64,000 bases of DNA from the NCBI GenBank assembly GCA_950097015.1, contig CATNEN010000003.1:868001-932000 (forward strand), written 5' to 3'. Origin of the DNA: Macrostomum hystrix (lineage: Eukaryota; Animalia; Platyhelminthes). Below, piece by piece: positions 10,901 to 22,900 of the stretch (position 1 is the first letter of the stretch; every line of letters begins with the position of its first letter). Position numbers and translations under genes: made by a program. The notes below the pieces were generated by a model. That model saw nothing but the letters and a program-made list of their open reading frames with translations. It did no database searches and had not been told where the DNA came from.

Positions 10901-13900
10901 GGCCGCCGTTGCAGACGCCGCGGTCGGCACGACAGCCCTGCGGATGGCAATCACATTCTAGAAATATAATTTGGACTCGATTATCTAAAGAGGAGTTTAA
11001 AGCATATTGTCGGAAATTGTTTCCACACAGGTCGGGAGTTCGAATCTTAATTCAAGGAAACTACTAATTGATTACACCTGCCCCAATCGGGCCAGATGTA
11101 CAGCTGACAGCACAGTCGCAGCATCTGAAGGCTGCGTACGTCTGTTCAGTCCATGGACAGGTAGGATGCCACACCCACCTTCAATTATCCCAGCTAATGC
11201 TGGTACCCATTCAACAGCTGGGTGAACTGAAGCAATGCAGAATTAAGCGTCTTTTTAAAGAACATATTGTTTCTTGGGGTCGAGAATCGAACCCAAGACC
11301 TTGAAGTCATAAGTTTGACGCTCTAACCACACTACAATAACCTCAACAACCAGTGATTAAACAGCTGAGATCCATATCTAACACACTTCACTAACTATTA
11401 AGGAACTGAGAAGTGAATAACAAAGCCTCACTAACCTGCCAATCTGCGGCGCCAACGGGGCAGGCGCCAACCGATCTACCGGAGTCCAGACTGGCCGACA
11501 GCATCGGCTCAGCGTCCGCAGGCGACATGTGCCAGCGAGACGGCCGCTCCAGTTGCAGCTCAGGCCTGCGGTCCATCTGATCGCGATGCTGCTGCTGCTG
11601 CTGCTGCATCTGCTGCTGGCGCCACATGGTTGCGTCACTCATAGTGCCATCCCCGGAGCCGCTGTAGATATTGCCCCGGGATCCGTTGGCAGCAGCGGCC
11701 CGAAGGTCTCGATTGTAGGCGTCGTCTAAAATATTTAAATTGTACTTATATCTTAAAAGTACTAATAAAAGTACACACGATAATTAGTTAATCGTTAAGC
11801 TCACCTTTCTGCCTGAAACTCTTGCGCATATCGGAGGTGACAGGCATTTCCTGATAATTGCCGTAGGTCTGATCATTGATCTGGTCTCTGGTTGGTCCTG
11901 TGTAGTTCCATTTGTTCTTGAATGTGCCAGGAATCAACGGCTTCGATGGCTTCTCAGACGACTTCAGACTGCGATTTGCATTGGGATTTCAGTATAGTTG
12001 CTGATACGATGCTGCATTTATGGGATGGGAGATTACTCTTATACTTTTAAGGGTAGGATGGGATTTTACCCTAAACTTTTCGAGGGTAGGATGGGAGATT
12101 ACCCAACAGTTTCCCGAGTACGGGATAGGAGATTCAAGTTGGGGATCTTTGCGAGGGAGGAAGGGAGATTACCCAACACTTTCCCGAGGGTAGGATGGGA
12201 GATTACCCAACAGTTTCTCAAGGGTAGGATGGGAGATTACCCAACACTTTCCCGAGTATGGAATGTTATTATTACTAAGGGATTGTGTAAGTGCCCGCCA
12301 GCTCACCGGAAGAAGCCGTGATGCTCAACCACAGCTCGCCAGAGTCTCTTAGCCAGCTTAGGCGAGGCGCATTTGAACTCAACCAGAGTCTCAGCCTTGG
12401 CGTCCCGCTCCGCATCGGTCCTGATGCCAATCTTGAGCGTGTTACGCTTGTAAGACACTTTGAGTATCTTGGGCCACGAATAACGGCTAACTCTCAGACT
12501 ATTGCGATAGACTAGCACTCCAGAATGATAGACGCCAACAAAGACCTCCTCGCCCATGCTGTCCTTGGCCTCGTGCATGTCCAGGCCGTACATGGCCAGC
12601 TTCTTGGCATTCTGCAGAAAGTGCATATCAGCCTCCTCGGGTGTCATGCCCTGGTGAGTCTTGTGCAACTCGCTGACTCGCTCCATTAGCTCGCGATGAC
12701 TGCGAAATTCTTCCGGACAGAACGGACAGTCCTGCAGGTACATCAGGCTCGTCATCTTCTCGTCCGATGGCTCAAAGTCGCCAACCTCGGATTGAACAAC
12801 GTAGCTGCCGAGAATGATGTAGGTGATGAATGAGCAGGGCAGGGCATCGGCCATGAGATTCTGGCGGATCTGCAGAGCCATATAGTAGCGAGTGAGATTC
12901 TCGCGCAGATTCTCCGGATCTGGCGGATAATACTTCACCATGAAGTCTAGCTTCCATTCGTTCTCTGTAAAGTGTTCATTAGCGGGTAAACGGCGCGAGT
13001 AATAACAATGACTACATTGTCAAATAGATACTCGTCATCTAATAAGTGACTCAAAAGTTTTTTCTTTTTACTATATTTAATGCACTAACGTCGGTCTAAC
13101 ACGTTTGCCTCTGGGACGCAGCCGCTGAGAGAAGGCTTGTCGTGTAATTTACGCCCTTTAAGACCAACCTCCAAGGCACAGCGAGGTTGTACACTGCCTG
13201 ACGATGAGAAAGTCAGGACAGATGTACACACCTGTGTGAGCTTGTGCCTGCGTAAAGTATCTGTGAGCATGCGTGCTCAGGAGACAGCGAAATGGGCAGA
13301 ATTGTCTCGTCGCTGGCTGCGGGTCTAGTGTCAGCAAATGATTAGCCATTGCCCACACCCCACCTGCCATTATTATTATTGTTATTACATGTAACACACA
13401 TACAAGCGCATCATTATCAGTAATGCATCATCATTAGCTAAAAAATATGCATTACATTAATTGGAGGCCACAGTCTGCAGATACGGGTCATTACTAATTA
13501 ACTAATTCCATTACCAGAAAGCATCAATTTTTGTCGTTTATAGGAATTTTATTACACTGGGCAATCTATATTTCAAGTTTTCAATTTAAACTAAGTTTTA
13601 ACAAAGAACTTTCTGCTTTCACAATAAAAGTACATATTCGTTTCTGGCTGCAAGCCTCTAGCAGCTTACTGTGGTCTGTTTATCTGGCTTCGCAATGTAC
13701 TTGTCCGGAACTGCTCCTGCCCGCCCAGCAACAGAGGGAAAGGAATCATTGGGATTAGGCAGAGACAGGGACGCTTTTAGAAGGGAAGAGAGGAGAGACA
13801 GAATGAAGGCAGCTCAGTTTAATCCCGGTCGGTATTTTCTGTTCTGGAGTCGGGGATCTCACAGCACACACTTCAATTCTGAATCCGATGAGCATTCTCA

Positions 13901-16900
13901 GTCATCCCCTTATAGCCGTCAGGCAGTGTGCCAAGCAGGACTGGCGAGACAGGGGGAGCAAATTTGAGTAGACTCACCGGTCAGTGACTCAGCTCATTCC
14001 TTCCTCAGCCTCTCAGTACTCTTCTATGCTTTTTTGTTTAGCTAAATTTGGTCCAACCCAGCTAGCGCGCTGAGTCAGAAAATTCACAATTCAGAGAACA
14101 CACTACACGACAATCTGGGCCTAATATTGGTTGGAAACACTAAAAAAGTAGCACTTATTTTTTATGTTTTTATGTTATATCTTTTCAACCTCCAGGTGTT
14201 TTTGACCGCCACACCCGCCGGTGTCTAACTGACTTTCGAATGGCCACGAAGCTTTAGAGCAGCGGTTGGCAAACTTAATAGCTAGCGGGTCAAAGAGAGA
14301 ACCTTAAAGACCAGAGCGGGCCGCATTGACTGTAAAATAGGAGATAGGGGAGAGATAAGAAACGGGAGAGATGAGACATGGGAGAGATGAGACATGGGAG
14401 AGAGATGAGACATGGGAGAGATGAGTACACGGGAGAGATAAGACACGGGAGAGATAAGACACTGGAGAGATGAGACACTGGAGAGATAAGACATGGAAGA
14501 GATGAGACACGGGAGAGATCAGACACGGGAGAGATTAGACACTGGAGAGATAAGACACTGGAGAGATAAGACAAAGGAGAGATAAGACACGGGAGATATA
14601 AGACACGGGAGAGATGACACAGGATACTATGGTGTTGGAAGGGGCAACGGGTCGGATTTGAGAGCTTCGAGAGCCGTGTCTGGCCCGCAGGCCGGAGTTT
14701 GCCGACCCTTGCTTTTCAGGTATCGTTGGATCGGGTCATTACCAACACGAAATGTGAAACTACAGCAAGGCGAAGGGAAAATATGAAGCAGGGAGGAATA
14801 GAGAGTAAACAGGGAAAAGTGATAAACGAGGCCAACAACGCTTTCCTCTCTCCATCTTCTAGAGGCGAATTCCATGCCCAAGTGGAAGGTAAGCATAGCA
14901 GCGAAAAGATGTACACCAGAATAGCAGAAGGCGGATGATAGCTAGTTGCTACCCGAGAATCTACGCTAGACTTGCCTAGCTTGAAGGCAATAAAATCTAA
15001 AAATAGAATGCAATATATCGATATACATTATGTTGCCCATCCTACATATTGCTACGAATATTTGAAATAAATTGGTAATGCTGGGTGGGGTCGGGTGTAT
15101 GAAAGAACAGGGTGAAATGCGCAATCAACTATCTTCCACATTTGGGAATTCATTTTCTGTAAAGCTTTTCATTGGATAAATATGGCAATGTGGCTGCTAC
15201 TAACAAGGGCAAACTATACGAGTTTAATACTACTCTTATTAAGCCTGCTGCAAAGCGACAGAAACGGACGAATTTGAAAGAGTGGTCATTAGTGACGAAT
15301 ATTTGAACTGGATTTCTTAGAATCGTGGAATATTTGAACTGGGTTTCTTAGAATCGTGGAATATTTGAACTGGATTTCTTAGAATCGTGGAATATTTGAA
15401 CTGGATTTCTTAGAATCGTGGAATATTTGAACTGGATGTCTTAGAATCGTGGAATATTTGAACTGGATTTCTTAGAATCGTGGAATATTTGAACTGGATG
15501 TCTTAGAATCGTGGAATATTTGAACTGGATGTCTTAGAATCGTGGAATATTTGAACTGGATGTCTTAGAATCGTGGAATATTTGAACTGGATGTCTTAGA
15601 ATCGTGGAATATTTGAACTGGATGTCTTAGAATCGTGGAATATTTGAACTGGATATCTTAGAATCGTGGAATATTTGAACTGGATTTCTTAGAATCGTGG
15701 AATATTTGAACTGGATGTCTTAGAATCGTGGAATATTTGAACTGGATTTCTTAGAATCGTGGAATATTTGAACTGGATGTCTTTGAATCGTGGAATATTT
15801 GAACTGGATTTCTTAGAATCGTGGAATATTTGAACTGGATGTCTTAGAATCGTGGAATATTTGAACTGGATTTCTTAGAATCGTGGAATATTTGAACTGG
15901 ATGTCTTTGAATCGTGGAATATTTGTACTGGATGTCTTTGAATCGTGGAATATTTGAACTGGGTGTCATTGAATCTTTGAATATTGAAACTAGATGTCCT
16001 GAAATCGTTGAATATTGGAACTATATGTCTTGGAGTCGTGGAATATTGGAACTATATGTCTTGGAGTCGTGGAATATTGGAACTATATGTCTTAGAATCG
16101 TGCAATATTGGATATAGATGTCTTAGAATCGTTGAATATTGGAACCAATTGCTAGGAATTGTGATATATTTAAACTTAAACGACTTGAACTAGTGTAATT
16201 TTACAAATAGAACAATAATTTTTGTAATAATGAAATTTCGCGACTAAGGTGGCTTCGACTTGTTGCATTTCGAAATTTAATTATTGAATGTAGTTCATTT
16301 AAAAAATAGAATTTACGTGGAAAAGCAAAGTTTTACACTTTGAATTTTATTGACACATTGTCGATAAAGTATTCCATATATGATATTACATAACCCTGTG
16401 CTAATTTGCATATTGCATAAATTTATAACTTAACAAACCTCGAAAGCAAACAGCAGCTCAGCTAGAATACAAATTGGTCTGATGGCAAATAAATAGATGC
16501 ATGCATAGCCTACTTGACATGCGCATGTCAGCATGCCACAGTCATAGTAAACAAACAATCCGATGTGGACCACTTACTGCCAATCTGTTTTCCAAGCTTC
16601 TTCTCGCCGTTCAGCCAGTACTGCAAGGCATTGTGTTGATGGATGGTTCAATGAATTGTAATTTGTATACGGTAGCTAAGTGTATAGAGACACCACTTAC
16701 AGGTACGACATGGGAGAAATGCACAAACTAGAAGATTACACAGGCAAATTTGATGGGAGAAAGATACATAGTAGAGGAGGGGAGAAAGAGACACAGTAGA
16801 GGAGGGGAGAAAGAGACAAAATAGAGGAGGGGAGAAAGAGACACAGTAGAGGAGGTGATAAAGAGGCACAGTAGAGGAGGTGATAAAGAGGCACAGTAGA

Positions 16901-19900
16901 GGAGGGGAGAAAGAGACACAGTAGAGGAGGGGAGAAAGAGACACAGTAGAGGAGGGGAGAAAGAGACACAGTAGAGGAGGTGATAAAGAGGCACAGTAGA
17001 GGAGGGGAGAAAGAGACACAGTAGAGGAGGGGAGAAAGAGGCACAGTAGAGGAGGTGATAAAGAGGCACAGTAGAGGAGGTGATAAAGAGGCACAGTAGA
17101 GGAGGGGAGAAAGAGACACAGTAGAGGAGGGGAGAAAGAGGCACAGTAGAGGAGGGGAGAAAGAGACACAGTAGAGGAGGGGAGAAAGAGGCACAGTAGA
17201 GGAGGGGAGAAAGAGACACAGTAGAGGAGGGGAGAAAGAGACACAGTAGAGGAGGTGATAAAGAGGCACAGTAGAGGAGGGGAGAAAGAGACACAGTAGA
17301 GGAGGGGAGAAAGAGGCACAGTAGAGGAGGTGATAAAGAGGCACAGTAGAGGAGGTGATAAAGAGGCACAGTAGAGGAGGGGAGAAAGAGACACAGTAGA
17401 GGAGGGGAGAAAGAGGCACAGTAGAGGAGGGGAGAAAGAGGCACAGTAGAGGGGAGAAAGAGGCACAGTAGAGGAGGGGAGAAAGAGGCACAGTAGAGGA
17501 GGGGAGAAAGAGACACAGTAGAGGAGGTGATAAAGAGGCACAGTAGAGGAGGGGAGAAAGAGACACAGTAGAGGAGGGGAGAAAGAGGCACAGTAGAGGA
17601 GGGGAGAAAGAGGCACAGTAGAGGGGAGAAAGAGGCACAGTAGAGGAGGGGAGAAAGAGGCACAGTAGAGGAGGGGAGAAAGAGACACAGTAGAGGAGGT
17701 GATAAAGAGGCACAGTAGAGGAGGGGAGAAAGAGACACAGTAGAGGGGAGAAAGAGGCACAGTAGAGGAGGTGATAAAGAGGCACAGTAGAGGAGGGGAG
17801 AAAGAGGCACAGTAGAGGAGGGGAGAAAGAGGCACAGTAGAGGAGGGGAGAAAGAGGCACAGTAGAGGAGGGGAGAAAGAGACAGTAGAGGATGAGAGAA
17901 ACAGACACAAGATTGAAGGACGGTGCAAATGGAGAACTCAAATACCAGCATCATCATATTGGCCAACACAGATAACAAAATAATGGCCCATCACATAGCA
18001 TTAAACTGACTATTGAAACACAGTTGACCTAACTGAAGCCTTTAATAAAAGCAGACCCAGCTAAGCTCAAACGCGCAGAATGGTTGCCATTTGAGTGAGT
18101 ATACACTGGGCAATAAATCACGCGAAATAAAAGCCAAAGCTCAGTGATACTACAGTGCAGACTTTAAATTAACCCGGTCTGAATTTAAATAATAATCGAA
18201 TGGAAAAACACACTCAATACAGATAGCTACTGGTTGAGAGCTACTACGAGAGTAACTGTAAACAAACAGTGAACCAAGTACAGTAGCAATCTCAGCCAGT
18301 GTGATTAGAATAGGTCAACCAAAGTAGGATTAAGCCAGCGAGTAACTCACAAATATATTGTTAGAGTCGCGATAGCACAGGCCAAAGTATTCTTTCTCGT
18401 GTAGGCCCAGCGTGATGCAGGTCTCGTCAAATAGCTCATGGGCTTTTGCGTTCGGCTGCAGTTGGTGAGGTTGTAGGCAGGCGAGCAATGAGTTTGTTTC
18501 GGATTTAGATAAGGAATTGTTTATATAAAGTGAAAAATGTAAGCCTCGACTGTATGAGTAAGCACTGCTTGCGATGTAAGAGTTATAGAAATCGTAACCA
18601 AGGCCAAGATTAGGAAATCCCAATGAAGGGGCCAAGATAGGAAAATCCCTTCGTTCGAACAAATCGATTAGGAAACCCCCTTAAAGACCTAGATAGGGAA
18701 ATATTTTTGAACGCCTCGATAGGGAAATCCTATTTAACTACTAGATGGGAAATCCTACGGAATGCCTAGATTGGGAAATCCATTTGAAACCTAGATAGTA
18801 AAATCCCTTTTAAGACCTAAATTAGCAACTCCCATTGAATATCTAGATAGGGAAATCCCTTTGAAGACCTAGATAGGGAAATCCCCTTGAATGCCTTGAT
18901 AGGGAAATCCCTTTGAAGACCTAGATAGGGAAATCCCCTTGAATGCCTTGATAGGGAAATCCCATTGAATGCCTTGATAGGGAAATCCCATTCAAGGCCT
19001 AGATAGTGAAATCCCTTTGAATGCCTTGATGGGGAAATCCCATTCAAGGCCTAGATAGGGAAATCCCCTTGAATGCCTTGATAGGGAAATCCCTTTGAAT
19101 GCCTTGATAGGGATATCCCATTCAAGGCCTAGATAGGGAAATCTTATCGAATTAATAGATGGGAAATACTACGGAATGCCTAGATTGGGAAGTCCCTTTG
19201 AATGTCTACATTGGGAAATCCCTTTGAATGCTTATCTAGATTAGGAAATCCTATTTAAGAACTAGATTAGAAAATTTACGCTTTTAAGCATTCTATATTA
19301 AATCAATAAAAGCTAATCATTCTAAGCTTTTATATACATAACTTACTGTAATTTAGTTAGGAAATGCCGTTCAGATATACATTGCTAGACAGACATAGGC
19401 TTACTATATATAATTTTCAGTAAATTGAGAGCATAAAAAGTACATAAAGTGTCATTGCCACAAGCGACATTTTTGTCTAGTCCAATTCACACACGCAGGA
19501 TAAACTGTGACAAAGTGTATTTAAGTAGGACGAAAAATATATAATTATATGGATCTGAGAACAGTCTCAACTATCTAACCTAACCATCGCGGGTAAGCAT
19601 TAGTAGAGTGGTTTTTGGCCCAGATAATAAAATTCAATTTTATTTAGAGCAGTCAAATTATATGCGAGGAAAGAGATTTCTCGCCCCAGATATCTCAGAG
19701 GCTAACTGTACAATTGGAAATTCTCTTATTTATCTTAGACTTCTTCCATATCCGGGCCAATTTCGTTTGAATATCAAAGAGGAGCTCTTTAATCATTCCC
19801 AGTCGGCAGAGAAGGGGGATAAAAAAATTGATGAAATCTTTAGTTTACAGATAAGCAAAAATGGAACGAAGTGAGAATATAAACAGTCTCAAAGCTGAAG

Positions 19901-22900
19901 CTAGTTGTAGAGCTAATTAGATGACGAGGCAGTTCTGCAATTCAAACAAAAACATAGTTACTCCCGCCGTTTACCCCAAAGGAGTGACACTCACATCAAC
20001 ATCGAAGGAGTGCACCGAACCATCCAGCATGACCACCTGGCAGGGTTTTAGTTTGCCAGCAGGTGTCTGCTGTCTAGCAGGCAGGGTCGAGGCTGGTGTA
20101 CCACCGGCAGCTGAGCCGTGTCTAGCTGATGTGCCCATATGGGGTGAAGCGGTGGCCTGTTGCAGTGACATGCCCTTGTCACGCAGCGTGTAATAGTCCT
20201 TCTTGGACATTGTATTGGCTTCGCTGTAGTCCATTGGCAGAGTGGCGCTCTGCTGCTGCTGCTGCAGCAGCTGGAATTGTCGGCTGTTATCTAGGCTAGC
20301 CAGGTTCATGCTGCCCTGTGTGGTCTCGCCATCAGACATGGCACCGTGGTCAGTTTCATCCTGTGTGTGATTCGTGAATTGAAACAAATCAATACATTTG
20401 TAACAGAAAGTACAGGAATTAAGAATAAACTTGGAACGACACAAATGAATTGTCAGCTCTTGTAACTTATCATAAACTCTCGCAGTACTATGTCACTTGA
20501 TTCACTCATATACTCATATGCAAAACTCACAGAACTACAATATTATATCTAGTTTAGGACTTGAAACATGCCCAAAATATGCATTATTCCAATGAAAACT
20601 CCGAGGCTTGAGTCCCCAAAATAAAAGGAAATTGACAGGTTTTGTAAATGTTAATGCAGTCTTTATTGTAAATGTGAAATTGTAACTATCTTTAGCTCCA
20701 TACAGGACTGAAGAGTATATCACCTACAATGTGCTTCAGACATTTAACTGATTATAAAATGAATATGAATCTATTGCAAAGCTGAGACAACTTACAGAAT
20801 CAATCTAGACATATAACAATTACAGTTACAAAAATGGTAGCTTGCATTATTTTGCAAATGTGCACAAGAGTCAAGCTTAACAGGCTTATTCTATGTTAGG
20901 CAATAGTTATGCTTTGATTGCCCTGATGTGTGCCAGTTTGAACCAGTGTACACTAGGGTAATGTATCATCAACTGAACAGTGTATCTTCAAAACCGAACA
21001 AGAATTTTGACTCCTTCCTTGGTCTCGTGCAAGACAGAAACAAGCTATTGTGTTTCACAGAACAACAAATTTGAAAGTTGAAGAAATTATCTACAAGCTG
21101 AGGCATGATGTGCAATGAAGCATTAAGAGGAAAGAAAGATATTGATGTTTCAGTAGAAATTTTTATTGCAAAAGCATACTTTTTAACAGCATTTTTTCGG
21201 TATGTACTTTAGACGAAGATTGTATGTGGTTGCTTGCCAATTAAATGACCATAAATGTAGTTATTTATAGAACATGAAAAATACTTTCAAATGACATAAT
21301 TCATGATAGTTCACTCCTTAAAATAAGATTAAACCACTCACTCAAATTATAAACCAAACATCAAATTCTCTGTTTGGTTTGAAGATACATGAAAATCATT
21401 GTTCGGTTTTAGATAAAAAGCAGGAATAACTTTTTTCTATTTGACAAAATAGCAAAAGCAGATACTTTTTAGAAAGATGTAACTGTTTTCTATAACTTGG
21501 CTTTTGATTTATCATCATATCTTAAATAGAAAATCTGTAGCTTAAGTTCGAAGTTAAAAAAATACACATTCTTGTTTGGTAGATGATACATTACCCTAGT
21601 GTGATAGGCTATATTTGTGCATCAATGTGTGTTACAAGGTCAGTGTGTGCCAGAAATTTCCAACCAAACTGCATTTGATATTTATGAATCCAGACTACAG
21701 TTTTAATCAAGCCACAATCCATGGATCTAGGTAAACTTGTCAGCAGCTCTACTGAGTTGACAAGTTTATTGTTTTCAAACCATAGTCTGGTAGGTAGCCT
21801 ATATGCCAAACTAGTTTGGCATACATTGTATATTTGGGTCTTCAATGGCTGTTGTAAATCAAGTTGGGACACAAACCAGTTTTAACCTAGCATATACACT
21901 GTATAAACATACAGTACGGCCATCTACTTGGCAAATGCAAGTGCCAAGTCCTGATGGAACCTAATTGACTTTTCAAAAAAATAAATGTCTTGCTTTAAAA
22001 AAATTATTTGCATATAGACATTTTTATGATGGTGTTAATGAGGTAAAAAGGCTAAATAAAAAATATAACATCAAAATAAATTTAGTATTAAACTTATTAC
22101 ACATGTTATTTACAAAAAGTTTTTGTCTTTTAACTTTTCTTTTGTTTTTTTAATTGGTGTATTGGCTCACAAAAATGCAAAAATTTTGCAAGTTGGTATA
22201 TAAGGATTAGTTCTTGGCATTTTTGGATACAAGGTTGTGAATTAATAATGCACACTCTATGCCATGATCCTAAGTATGGTCCATAGTCCGGATCATGTCG
22301 TTTACGCCGGAGATCTCCGGCGTAAATCTGATTTGGGATCGGAGGCTGGCGTAAGTGCTTGGCGTAAGTATAGGCCAAAATGTGCCTTGGCGTAAGTGCT
22401 TGGCGTAAGCATAGGCCAAAATGTGCCTTGGCGTAAGTGCTTGGCGTAAGTACATGGCATAAATCAAGTGGCGTAAATGTTAGCACAAATGAGATCATTC
22501 ACGATCAAATGTATCACTATAGAACAAAACACATTTGCGTTAATTATGATGTTTGCGTTAATTAGGAGCAGCATTAAAACAAAGTTCATTAAAATATTGC
22601 AGTTCGTATAAATTAGATAGCAGAATATCTATTGTAGGATAGCAAAAGTTTTTTTAGCTTTAAGATGCTAACTTTGATACTTGATTCAAAATTTGCAACT
22701 TGTGAGATTTTTAAACAGTTGCAACTTCTGAATTTAATTAATCACCGATTAACATGATTTGTGAACGAGCTTTTTTTTGGGTGGCGTAAGTCAGAGGGAC
22801 CTTTTTTGGTTGGCGTAAGTCTGGCGTAAGTGCCAAAAATGTTGGATTTTTCCTCCGGCGTAAGTCCAGCATGATCCGGACTATGGAGTATGGTAAACAT

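Noticed and set aside
13197-13220. Hammerhead ribozyme-like CTGACGA...GAAA...GTC in SINE B
   Set aside because: Core words are adjacent with no room for stems II and III; better explained as a simple hairpin.
13670-14112. Possible solo LTR (TGTGGT...ACGACA)
   Set aside because: No TSD and no second copy in the window; cannot be supported.
16648-17978. Three ~400-aa minus-strand ORFs
   Set aside because: Translations of a stop-free 25-bp minisatellite in all three frames. The ORFs over 1582-1809, 3662-4570, 6495-7187, 14282-14574, 45305-45831 and 62593-63129 are likewise repeat-derived.
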